From Camelus dromedarius (taxonomy: Eukaryota), in the NCBI RefSeq assembly GCF_036321535.1, contig NC_087437.1, positions 52,888,001 through 52,952,000 of the forward strand: a stretch of DNA of 64,000 nt. The letters are read 5' to 3'. Both the position numbers and the translations under genes were made by a program. The notes beneath the pieces are model-generated. The model searched no databases, was not told the DNA's origin, and saw nothing but the letters and a program-made list of their open reading frames with translations. Every line of letters starts with the position of its first letter. Position 1 is the stretch's first letter. Below, one piece after another: positions 25,790-37,972 of this stretch.

Positions 25790-25935
25790 TCCTGCATTCA
25801 ACCATTCATCTATCCATCCATTCATTCATTCACTGAGCATCTTTTATGGGTCAGGCATGCTGGAAGTGCTGGGAATATGATGGTGAACAAAACAGACATG
25901 GTCCTTTCCTCAAGGCATGCATAGTTTAGTGAGGG
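25790..25935 (-). mobile_element. L2 3' end
   Basis: (CATT)n tail followed by CACTGAGCATC...GGTGAACAAAACAGACATGGTCCTTTCCTCA. Confidence 0.75.
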
Positions 25936-27379
25936 ATCTGACTTTCAGCATCTTCCCTAGATGCAATTAGAGTTGGACCTCACAGTCCACTTAATTCAGG
26001 CCCTTGCATTTATAGATAAGGATCGTGAGGCCCAAAGGAGTTAAAGGAACTGCACAAGGTCTTGGAGCTGCTGCTACCGGAGGGGAAAGGAGGCAAGAAC
26101 CCCCTCTCTGTCATTTCAGTAATCTGCCACACTGACAGGAATGGGAGACTCTGCACTCACCCACTTGGTATATCACAAATGGAGGACATAAACCTTTTAT
26201 TCAACTAAAACAACAAAAATACATCATACCTGGTTGAGAAAAAAAAATGCTCTAGGACAAAGAACAATGGATAAGAACTAATACCACTGGAAAAGGATGA
26301 GGTAGACAGATCAAGAAAGAGGCAGCCAGACAGGCTCCTTATTTGCTTTAGCCAGTTTGCTTACATACATCACTTTATTCAGTCTTCCCAACTCAGTGAG
26401 AAGCCTACTTCCACTGTCTCCACTCGCTTTTAGAGACGAGAAAACCAAGGCTCAGAAAGGTAGGTAATCCGCCATTGCCTCACAGCTGTAAGTGGGCAGG
26501 AGTCCTACTACACAGGCATTAGTCATTCCATCATACTGCCTCCCAGAGGGAATCTGAGAGACTAAATCAAAAAGATTAAAAGAAACAGGGAAAGAGAAAA
26601 GAGATGGAGAAAGAAGACAACACCAGGGAAGAGGAAGGAGGGACACCGCTTGCAATACTTAGGGTCTGTATCCTCATGCTGACTGTGCTCTCCAGCTGCA
26701 AGCACACCGGATGCGCCTGAATCCACTCCGGGACTTACACCCTCCCCTAACTCCAGGCCACCAAAATGCCCAGGATCCCTCCCTCACTCCTACTGGAAAC
26801 TAATATCTGGACTCCAGCAGCCTCTAACTTATAATCCTTGCCTCCCATTCTAGTATTCCATCTAAAAGATCTCGTTTCTTCTACTGTCCAGCTGACAAAT
26901 CTGCTCATTTAAACAGATGCAGGCACTCTGGAAGACCTGGCGTCTACAGCCAGTCACTGACCAGCCAGATGCCACACTGTTGCCATGGATTCCATCTTGC
27001 ACCCCAAGTCCCTTGCCCCTTATGAAACTGCTTCTTGACAGTTCCCTCTTAAAGCCACTTCTGAGGCAAGAACACTCTGAGCTGTCTGGACCCCTACCTG
27101 ACTGTAAGAACTCTGTTAAGGATCCATGCACGAACATTTACGAGAATCTCTGCCTGTCAGGGGTAGGAAAGACAAGGGTGGGTGGCTGACAAGATTTAAG
27201 TCCATATCTGGGGGCACACACTACCAACTATAATGCATTGCTTTGCAGCCCGCCATAACACCACTTAAAATTTAGATATGATGGTCACAAATCAAGCAAC
27301 TTAGCTTCATAGTTGCTTTTCCTTCTAGGGAACTTCTTGGAAGATTCTATCTGACATAGTGATCAAAAATCAGGCCTGA

Positions 27380-28070
27380 TCATAGCTAATGCAGTAAGTC
27401 AAGAAAAATAAAAGGATTAGAAAGGAAAAATATAAGTCATTATTCACAGATGCCCTGGTTGGATATACAGAAAATATAAAGTATTCACAAAGTATAAGAA
27501 TCAATAAGCTAATTTACCAAGATCATTGGCTACAAGGCTAATATATAAAAATAACTATTTCTATATACAGTAACAAAACCAAGGTGAAATTTTAAATGCA
27601 CTTACAATAGCAACAGATAACATCAAATACCTAGAACATATCTAATAAATGACATGTAAGATACCTACACTGAAAAAGTATAAAACACTGAGGAAAATCA
27701 AAGAACTCAATAAATGGAAGGATATATCATGTTCATGGGTTGGAAACCTTGATATTATGGGGAAGGTATAGCTCAGTGGTAGAGCACATGCTTAGCATGA
27801 ACACGGTCCTGGGTTCACTCCCCAGTACCTCCATTAGTTAATAACCTAATTACCCACCCCCAAAAAAGGAAACAAAATTAATCAATGGTGTTTAAAGTCT
27901 GGATGGAGGTTACTGCCGAGTCTGGGGGTAATGCCTGTTTAGGGGGCACAAGGAGCCTTCTCGTATTCTGGTAAGTTCTGGGTCTTGATCTAGATGTTTG
28001 TACAGTTTATGAAAATTTAGCAAGCTGTACTCCTATGATTGCTGTGTGTTATTTCAATTGTTTTTTTTTT
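27380..28070 (+). mobile_element. L1 ORF2 fragment and L1 3'-end fragment, joined at the SINE at 27759
   Basis: TCATTATTCACAGATG (LFADD-like) and AAATGGAAGGATATATCATGTTCATGG (KWKDIPCSW-like), then sequence resembling an old L1M 3' UTR. Confidence 0.7.
27759..27897 (+). mobile_element. vic-1-like SINE
   Basis: GGGGAAGGTATAGCTCAGTGGTAGAGCACATGCTTAGCATG...GGTCCTGGGTTCACTCCCCAGTACCTCC: tRNA-like head with A and B boxes plus the family tail. Confidence 0.9.
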
Positions 28071-30472
28071 TTTAAAGCAGCCTTGTCCTGGTCAAACAGC
28101 ATCACTGAGTTAATACTTACTAAGATTTCTCAAATTTTAGAAAATCTTTCTTCTGTGGTGGTATAGAAGCAGTTTTTCAAAGAAATAACCCAATTGTTTC
28201 AAAATAGAGAAAATAGACACACTGGCCCATTCAAAAGGAATAATAATAATTCCCTCTGCTGACAAAATCTGTTTCCTGCCCACAAGTACAGGCTTGTGGA
28301 TTCTGTCCAAGGCATCTACCCCATGCCAGTGCTGGCACTCAGCTTCACTATTACAGCAGAGGATCAAAACAAAGGAAAACACTTTTGTTGAATGTTATGA
28401 TGAGCGACAGTTTGATTCAAAAGGAATTTTTTTTTTTCAGAAAGACAAAACCACCTTATCTAATAAGCCTTTCCTTTGGTGCTTCATGATCAAAGTTTCG
28501 ATTCGACACAGACTTTGTTGTGAACATACACAACATTTAGGTAGTTGCTGAGTGTTAAACTGCCAGTCAGTTAGCTACACTGCGGTCTGAGCACGGGGAG
28601 ACCCAGCCCATTCTCCTCCTCCCGCTTCACACGCAGGCTCTGCCTGCCTTCTCCTGGGTGTAGCCATTCAGGCTTTGCTTGGGGATTTTCCTCTCCACCT
28701 TCTTCAATTTCATTGCCTTCATCTGGAGCAGACTCATCTTTCCCAAATCAGCTGTGCAGGCCTGACCTTGGGAGGACCTTATTTGGTCACACTTGATAGC
28801 CACAATCTTCTTACTTTAAAGGAAGGTTGTGTCTCATGACGGGAGTGGACCAGAACACCAACACCTGCCTCCAAACGACACGTCCACGAGGCTATGTCTC
28901 AGGTGGCCAGCCTGTATCTCCAGAGCCTCTGTCAGTGCTTGTGAACAAATGTGGTGTGGATGTACACAGTCGTGGTCAAGGGACTTCTCAGGATTCCGGA
29001 GCCGTGGTCCTAAAGTGAAGGTCTGTTCCTAAGCTTACTACTGTCTTTGCCACCAACTTTGGGACATTGTTCCTCTCTTAGACCATTACCACCCCACCTC
29101 ATTTCCCTCCATAGTAAGGAATATGTACTATTTAGCTCAAGAATGATGGTGGGAGGAGCCCAAGACATCTGCCCATACTGCTCTCTGCTTGTGGCAGTTA
29201 GTAGAACACAAGGGAAGAAGGCAGAGGGACATATGAATATAAAAATGACACTGGCAAAACAGAACTGCAGAAGCCTTCGGGAAGGAGCAGGTGGGGTGTG
29301 GCCTCTTCTCACCTGATTTACCCTTAGCCTGTCAGGGTACCCCCGCTGGCAAAGACCAGAGGGCTTGAAGTCACCAGATGCGTTGAGTTCTGTGGTTTGA
29401 AAAGCACAACAAAACCAAAAGGCTTACTTTCCAACATACTGCTACCTTTCCTTAGCACTGGCCTTTTAAAAAAATTTTTTTTGACAAATTCTGAGACAAA
29501 TCATAGATAGCTAATTAGTAAGAAAAAAGAGGTAGACAGGATGGGGCTTATTAACTTCTATGCTATTGCTAGAAGAAGTCAGAAATACGTCCTTATTTTA
29601 GGGCTGAGAAAATTAGAAATTCATTTCAAGCATAAGATATATTCCTAATATCTCAATATTCTTTGTAATTGCTCCAGTGCAAATGACAAGGACAGGAGGT
29701 AATACCCAGCTATGGGAGCCAGGGAGGTTTAAGGAAGATAAAGTGGACAGGTTCTGGCACTTAAAAAAAGGTATCTGGAAAAGGAGATGCCTTTTAGATT
29801 TCCAAACCAAACAGACATGCTTGAGCCTGTCTGAGTGGATGATTAACATTAATTCTGCCTGGCAACAGTTTCCAAAAACAAAAATTTGAAATGTTATCAA
29901 ATTTAGTTAGGGGGCACAGGTTCTAAAAGCAGATTTAGAGGAGATATGGGGGAATGTGCTGTTTTCTTTAATACCTGACAGTGCTAACCTTTGTAAGCAT
30001 AAATTCATAAGCTGAATACAGTAAAATCATCCATAAATAGTAAAATCAACAATTTAGTAAGCTGTGCTTAAAAAAAATTTTATGAGTCCCTCAAAATCCT
30101 TTTCAAACATGCACAAACCATCTCCATCTGACTCACTGTTCTTTTACCTGTGTTTTAAAGTCAGCGTAATAACATGGATATGAAAGGTGAGAAAAGCCAG
30201 AACATAGGAAATTTCTAGGCCTAAGGTCAGGATGTCTGTATGTATTTCTACATATCCTTCAAAAAAATGTCCCCTAAAAGTCAACAACTAGAAAACAACT
30301 GGTCAGGACTTTTTTTTTTTTTTGAAGAGTCAATGTTATGGGGAGTAGGGGGTGGGATAGGCAGATTGTTGTAGATTGAAGATAAGAGAAATAAAAATAC
30401 ATATGATTCTTAATCAAGTTCTAGATCAAGAACAGTATCAATATCTGTTAAAAAGACAACTGGGGAATTCTT

Positions 30473-30588
30473 TTTTTTTAAACTACTGGACACCTTTTTT
30501 TAAAAAAAAATCTATTTATTCAGTAGATGTACTGGGGATCGAGCCCAGGAAGGACCTCATGCGTGCTAGCTATGTACTCTACCCCAGC
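30473..30588 (-). mobile_element. vic-1-like SINE with 14-bp TSD
   Basis: Flanked by ACTGGGGAATTCTT at 30459-30472 and 30589-30602. Confidence 0.85.
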
Positions 30589-32979
30589 ACTGGGGAATTC
30601 TTAATATTACTGAATAAAAGTTAATTAGGCTATGTAGATGAATGCCCTTAATCTTTGGAGATGCACACTAAAGTATTTGGGGGTGAAATGTCATAGTGCC
30701 AGCAACTTGCTTTTCAATACTTGGAAAGAAAAAAATATAGAGAAATGAAGTAAATGTAGTAATGTATTTATAATCAATAGAACAGATACCCCATCTCCTC
30801 TGAGATACTGGAGGAAAAAATCTCTTTATTGTGGACTAATAAGTCAGTAGACGTTCTAATGACTTCTAGACGATGCAGTCACGCATGAAGGAAGCTGCCC
30901 TGGCCTATTACCAGATTGGAAGGATACTGTCCTGTTTATCCTGTACCTTTACCATGTTTGTATAATACAGCCCCGGGAATCTAACATTACACAAGGACAA
31001 GTGTTGGTCATACTCTAACATCTAAGCCGGTGGTTCTCAAGTATTTTTTTGGCCCTGGCCCACCTAGAAAGGAGAAAGGAACATCCAGGAGAGGGCAAAA
31101 GGAAAGCTGCCACTGCTGTCTCCATGACAGCTGCCCACTGCCGCCTCTACCACTGCCTGGGCGAAAAGACCACAAGGACACAGGACAAAGTATTAACAAA
31201 AGTAAGATCAATCAGTAATTCCACACACATATTAATACACAGGGACTAAATAACAGGAACTGAAACATAAGCTCAACTCAAGATCACAAAGCATTCTTGG
31301 GAAAAAAATAAAGAATGTCCACTCCTTGTGAATGTATATGCGTAACAGGTTTAGAATGGTCGGACCACTCATTAGATTTCATCCCCCGAGTCCTCATGAA
31401 GGCACAATGCAGCCATCACCTACCTGTGAAGGTTGGCAGAATTAAAAGGAATTAAAGTTCTCTTCCTTGAAATTCTTTTTCTGCCCACAGAGGCTAAGCA
31501 GAGTCAGGGCCAGGATAGGAAATTTGAAATGGGTGGCCTGGGCTGTTAGTGCCCTTAGCTTTAGGGGAAAAAAGTTTCTAGAGGCTCAGTCTAGCCCAAC
31601 CTAGCCTACCGGGCTGGGAGGTCAGAAAGGAACGTGGAGCTGAAGACCTAAATGGTGTTAAAGAAAGCATGCTGTCTTGCAGGATTCCTGGGCATTTCTG
31701 TCTTGGGGATTGAGGGTGGCAGGGGAGTCTGGCATGGAATCAAGGATCTCCATACAACTCATGGAAAGTGTGACAGACATCTGGTACAGCCCACACCCAG
31801 GTGAGCACACCTCAGACAGGGGCTGAGATTTCAGGGTCGGTTCATTCTAAATCTCCACCTGCAAGAACAGCTGCACTTGTCCTGGGTAAAGCCCCACATG
31901 GAGAAAGTGAGGTTTCTGTTCTGGGATAGAATTTGGCACCAAATAGATACAGGGTGGAAATAGGGAAAGATCTCTTCAGGATTGGCACAGCAGCAGTATT
32001 CAAATTTTCATTTAATGTTTATTTTCATCACACTAATAAATTCAGTTTACAAAATCAAATAGTACTCCAAGGCTTATGATGGGTAAGAATGGTAGTATTC
32101 AGGATTTTAGATTGGTGATTAATCATGGTGGTGGAGGATGGGGGGTTATGGTGCTGATTATTCCAACTTATTCTTTCTTGTCCTGTTTCTCAGCAAGGAC
32201 CAAAGGACTGACTATCACCCTGGTGGTAGATTTCAGCGCCCCAGGGTATAGGATCGACCATGAGGTAGCAGAATTCATCAATTAACAATTATAGAAGTCC
32301 CCCCTATATGACCAGTATCTTCTGTACAATAAATAACGCAAGAGCCAAATTAGGAACTGATAAAAGCTAGTTCCTGGAACATCTGGTTCCAGGAATCAGA
32401 TTTCTCCCATGCAGGAGGAAAAACCTACAGTCAGCAGAAGAGAGGCTCCAGGAATTGGTATGTGGACCAAAAAAACCACTCTTATTTTTTATGATTTAGA
32501 GCAAGAAACTTGGGGTAACATAATCAGCTCAAGAAAAAGCCTTTGAACTTACCGTGACATGAACTATCAGAAAAGACAGTCAGATCCAACAAATAGAGCC
32601 TGAATTACATTGATAAGGAACAGGACCAACTCGAGAGCCAGCTTCAAGTATCAATGACTCTGCATGAAAATGTTTGGGGGAATGCCAGAATGAAATAATC
32701 ACCTACAAAACTTGAGCCAGGTCTTCCTGCACTGGGAAGAGGTGAGGGAAGAAAACACCTTTCTTGCCCATAAAAGTAGATGAGGCTATACCAAGCATTT
32801 GGAAATTCTAGAGCTGGAATCTTTTGGGGATGCAAGCTCAGGAAAACTGAGTTCGTATTATTAAAAATGATAGGCACTTAAATGAAAGATGGTCTGGAGA
32901 CTCTCCGGAGAGACCACTCTCAATCCACAAACGGTGCGGCAGAAAAACAGGGTTAGCAGGGGTCTCAGAAGATGACTTC

Positions 32980-33069
32980 AGAATTCTGAAAATGGAAACC
33001 TAGAGGCCTTGAATGTAAGAGTTAGAAAATAAAGGAAGGAAAAGGACCTTAAAAAGAACTGGCCCAACT
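32980..33069 (+). repeat. Direct repeat copy A (~90 bp)
   Basis: 53 of the first 56 nt are identical to 34971-35026. Confidence 0.9.
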
Positions 33070-34970
33070 TTGAAAAGGTATAAATAGCATTCGTAGAGCG
33101 TGGTATCTGAAACATTTCTGAGAGGTCACCTGCAAAGGCAGTGGAATTTCTCTCAGGATACAGGAATTTGAGTTATTGATAGAATGTCTCCCACCTGGGT
33201 TTTAAATTAGACAACAGAGTTGATACCATGAAGAAGTTAAAACCATAAGGCCTCTCTGTAAGCCTCTCTCCCATTTTCTGTTTACCTTGGATAACCCAAG
33301 TCTTCTGCTGTGGACTCGAGCTAATGACGGCAACATGGGTCTGGGCTGTGCCCCAGATAAAGCATTTGCAGAACGCTGCTTTCTCTGGGGGAAATGCTGG
33401 CTGTGTATGGGATTGGTGCTTCGGTGATGAGATGCTGCAGTGCTCACATTGGCTCTGGAGAGTGAAGCGTTTCTAAATTGTGTTTGGATAGGGCTGGTGT
33501 TATGATATTTCATGGTCTTACTGCTCTCTGGAATGTGGAATATATGATACAAGATAGAGTCAACAATGGAGAAATCTAGCTCTGAAGATGCCAAAGATCC
33601 AGCTTAAGGGACCCCCAGGTTATAGCTTCTGTTAGACCCTAAGACAAAGGCCTTCTGGCTAGCAGGAAAAGATAAAAATGGTGGTTTTATACTTGTAAAG
33701 TGACTTAAATTTCTCCGTGGGAAAGGAGGACTGACTTGACAAAGGGGTTTCACTTCGTAGAAAAGGGCTCTTTTGGAGGCATTCCTGCACTGGTGGGATC
33801 ATATCTCAACTACAATACTTACTATCTAGTAACGTCACATAATGGGGGAGGGGAGGCGTGATTTGAAGGTTTGCTTCTGCTAGGCCAAGTTCAATGATTA
33901 TAACATCCCACAAAAATTCCCTCTCCCTCCCCGCCCTGCCCCACTGCCCCTTCCAGCAATGGCAGCAGAACCAGCACATGATGTCTCAACCTCAGATCAC
34001 CAGCTGAAATACTACTGGTCAGAAGGTGAAAAACTAAACTCTGCCCATGGAAGTCAGTTGGGGAAGTCACTGTATAATGTACAACTGCAAACCAAAAGAT
34101 GGAATAGTACCACGCAGACCACCCAAATGGGGGTACTCTAGCCTCCAAAGGGGGCTCAAGGCTTCCCCTACGTCTTTACTCCACCTACCTATCTACTCCC
34201 CCTCTGGAGAGGAGAAAATGTGACCTAAGTCAGGGATGATGCCCAGGTCCTAGAGGGCAGACAGGGTGGGGACAGCTGACTAAGAAGAGTAGACGTGGTC
34301 CTTAAGGCTACCGGTCTCTTGCTGGAAGGGGCTGGAAAGGCTAGGAGGGCCCCTGGGGAGAGGTCAGGGAAACCGGTCTACACACAGGGAGACCTTAGGA
34401 GCAAAAGGAGCCCTCAAGGGGGACCCAAGGCCCAGGGCAAGCTTGCCAGGGTAAGAAGATTGGCTGGTCATGTCCCTGGTTATCAGCTAGGAGGAACAGC
34501 TGCTAACTGGAATTTAGGCTATTGGCCCTGTCCTTTTTTCACCTCTACCAGTACTGACAATAACGACACAGGCGATTTTCAAAGGTTTCTATTCTAAGCC
34601 TGTTTAAAATAGAAGGAAAGAGATTCTTTGTATTAATGCTCTTTTTTCCCTCCTTCCAAAAGAAGCGGTCATGTTAGTAAGAACCCACCTTGGTCAAATG
34701 TTCTAAATCATGCCTGTCCTGACTCAGAGGGGAGGGAACTGCAGGTCAGAGTGTTGTCTACCAGGGAACTGCAGTGGTATCAAATGAGGAAGATAATTTA
34801 ATGCCAATGGTAGTAGAGAGGGGTTTTTTGACCCAGATGAACTAGTTTCAGATTCACTTTAAGTTCACACTCTCTTCACACTTGAGTCTTATTCTTGAAA
34901 CAGCTTGGATTTGTGCAGTTCCTTTTCTTCAAGGGACTCATTCACCCTAACAATTTTGGACTGCTATTTT

Positions 34971-35062
34971 AGAATTCTGAAAATGGAAACCCAGAGGCCT
35001 TGAATATAAGAGTTAGAAATTAAAGGGAGGGAAAAGGAGCTTAGAAAAGAAGTAGCCCCACT
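34971..35062 (+). repeat. Direct repeat copy B (~92 bp)
   Basis: Matches 32980-33069. Confidence 0.9.
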
Positions 35063-37717
35063 ATGACTGAGGCAAGGCTTGCGTACTAATACATACGGGC
35101 TCTGCCGTGGAAGAGTTTTGTACAGAATGAATCTAATTGCATCAATATGTCACATCCCAAAACTTTGGGCCACAGAGAAACCAATATGATAGACATCTTG
35201 TTTGTTAATTTTTCACCATAGGGAAAGAGCTCTAAATTAGAGAGCCCTGCTCTCCCAACTCTGTTAGAGTTCTGTTAGAGGACAGCATGGCTTCCTCCAC
35301 TGGGGGCTTTCCAGCAACCACGGCAGACTGGACCATGAAGGGCTGCTCACGGTGGAACACGCCATCAGGAAAGGGGGAAACAGGACATTTCTCCTGAATG
35401 GGAAAAAAATGCAAAACCAAACCTTCTTTAATCTCCCTTCTATAATTTATTCCCCATACATTTGATTCTCATCTAAACTGGCATTTAAGAGAAGCATCAA
35501 CAATACTTGAAGGAAGATTTAAGCACTGTGGAAATTTTTTTACCTTCAACTTCAAAGTTAAAATTCATCTTAAAAATTTGACAGGAGAAAACCCAAGCCC
35601 TAGGGAAACTGGCTTCTCCCTCTGAGAACCGATCCCTTCTATCTACAGCTCGGCTTCTCCTAAAGCAGACAGCAGCAAGTGCAGCAGGGTGCCTAAACCG
35701 TGACTTGTTCTCTAGCACACATCTTAGTGGGGACCAGCATTAGCTGCACGAAGTCTAGATGCAGCCTGGGAAGCCTTGGCTAGTGTATGCGTTTAAAAGA
35801 GGAATCAGAAAGCGAGAAATCACCCTGGCTAGTTGTTTTCTATTTATCTCTAAGGTCATCCCAAGAACTCTCAGAACTCATGTTACAGAGTTACTTCCCT
35901 ACCAGCTGAAGGCTGGTGTTGGGGGCTGTTGAACGATGGCGATGGGGGGTAGGGGGTGAGAACGGAGAAGGTGGTGGTGTGCAAAATCCACTCTCCAGAT
36001 ATCGGCTGTGTGAGGAGCAGGGGCTGTGGCTCAGGCAGATGCGCAGAAACGTACTTCATATGTGACAGGAGTTCTTTGCTTTTGGACACACTTAGAGCCT
36101 AAGAGAAACTGTCTGCTTCTTGTGTCAATAGGAATGGAAACTGGGAAGTGGGGACTATGTTTAATATTTGTCAAAACACAGAATACATTACAGCCCTATG
36201 CTGCTCTCTCCTTATTGCTCAAGAAATAAGATTCCAAGGCCGGAGGGGGGAGGGAGGAAAGAAAAGGAAGTTGAGGAGGAGCAGAAATGTTCAGATTCAA
36301 GGTATCCCTCAGTGCAGTGAAGTTATCAGCATTAAATTATTCTCTATTAAAATTCAGATTGGGAAACCTGGGGTAGGCATTCCAGGATCTGGTCTTTACT
36401 GCAGGCAGCCAGTAGAAGAGACACCACCCCCCTACTTTCTATTCTACCTTTTCTATGGGAGAAGTACAAAAGACCCTCATTAAGTGCCCTTTCAGGCAAT
36501 TACAAAGCATTTCCAGGCACTCAGCTGAAAAGTGTTTATGTAAGCTAAGTCCTCCTCAGCCCCTCCGGAGAAGCATCCTCTTACACAGCCGATATCTAGG
36601 GTTACCTCCTGAGAGGTTTCAAACTCTCTTACAAAAGGACAATCTGCCCAGGCCTGTTCTCTTTTTAACAGGGAGGGGAAGACAGTCTTGCAAGACCAAT
36701 TTATAGCAAGGGAAATATTTCAGGGGAAAAAAAGACATGCAAAACACAAATGCAAACAGCCACATTACAGTTGTGAGGATGAGGACCAGGAACTAAGAGC
36801 TCTTAATTTAAAATCCTGAGGAAATGGCATTGGATCATTCATCATTACTATTACGTTTTGCTTTGCTTTTTAACAGATTGTCCTTTTAATGCTTATCCTA
36901 CAGCCCTGGTCTAGCCCTTCTACGTGGGGGTGGGAAGGGAGTATCTGAGCTGCTAGCCAAGAGGTTGTAAAATGTTTAAGTTGAATGCTACTGAGGCAAA
37001 TGTACCCCTAAAATCTGGCCTAGATTCGGGGTGAGAATGCCACTCTAGTTTAGGGGTTGCTCAGAGGCTGGGTTCTATCTGGAACTTCCTGGGATGTTCA
37101 TTTGAGGAAGCAAGGTGTTTGAGTGCACAGTGGGAGGGTTGCAGCCATAGAGAGACTCCCCCATAGTGAGGACCAGGCTGGGAAGGGTCATTTTAAAATG
37201 ACATGGATGCAACCAGAGTGAGAAATTTAAATAGGACAGAGAAGGAAGGCCAAGGAGTAGAGAAATTACAGCTTGGTCCTTCCCATTTTAAAATGTAAGA
37301 GTTAAGTGCTGTGGCAGGCAAACACCCGTCCTTCAGGCCTGGAGTAAAGACTAGAACTTGCAGTATCAAAGCAGGCAAGAATCTTCAGTGGGAAGATAAA
37401 GCCACAGCCCCATGGGAACCAGGAGATAAAAGGGTAATATCCTCAGATCAAGTCTCAACACCTCTCTCTCCAGGGAAGCTACACCACCCTCTCCTATTAT
37501 CACTCCCTTTAGACAGCTACAGTCTAAAATGGGAGACAAAGAAAGGGGGGCGGACTCACGGAACAGTAGCAGCCTTTTGCCTAAGCCAGGACACCAGCCC
37601 GGCAGTTGGAGGGTTAAAGTCAGCACTTAAAAGAAAACTCGAACCCCATTAAGCTCAGGCTTGGAGAACAGGGAGCAGCAGGGAAGCCAAAGGAAACTAA
37701 TTTTGGAGGTTCTCCAA

Positions 37718-37972
37718 GCTGCCAATCACAAGCATATTTCTAACAGTCCCAGTGTTGTTTGAGTTGGTTGTTTTTCCCCAGGCTGCACAATGGGGTCTGG
37801 TTATTCATTGAAAAAGTCTGCAAGGGAGCCCCGCCCTCCATTCACAACCAATTTGGAATGCTCCATTCAGGCAGGAGGGGTACTCTGCAGCTCAGCTCGC
37901 TGGGGCAGGCAGAGCAGAGCCCAGCTGTCGCCACAGGGACGCTTGCTCGCCCAGCGCGCTGTGTTTACGTAA
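37718..37972. promoter_or_regulatory. Candidate intron-5 enhancer/silencer
   Basis: Three perfect CIC octamers (37804, 37837, 37862), TGTTTACGTAA at 37962 and local CpG retention. Confidence 0.55.

Noticed and set aside
25790..25832. TTCATTCA/TCCATTCA octamers as a CIC cluster (also near 56992 and 62671)
   Set aside because: They are the (CATT)n tails of L2 elements.
27759..27835. tRNA-like sequence as a real tRNA gene
   Set aside because: It is the head of a multi-copy SINE with the family tail; related copies have TSDs.
33202..33594. 130-aa ORF as a retrogene
   Set aside because: Non-ATG start, no recognisable protein similarity, and no poly-A tail or short TSD visible.
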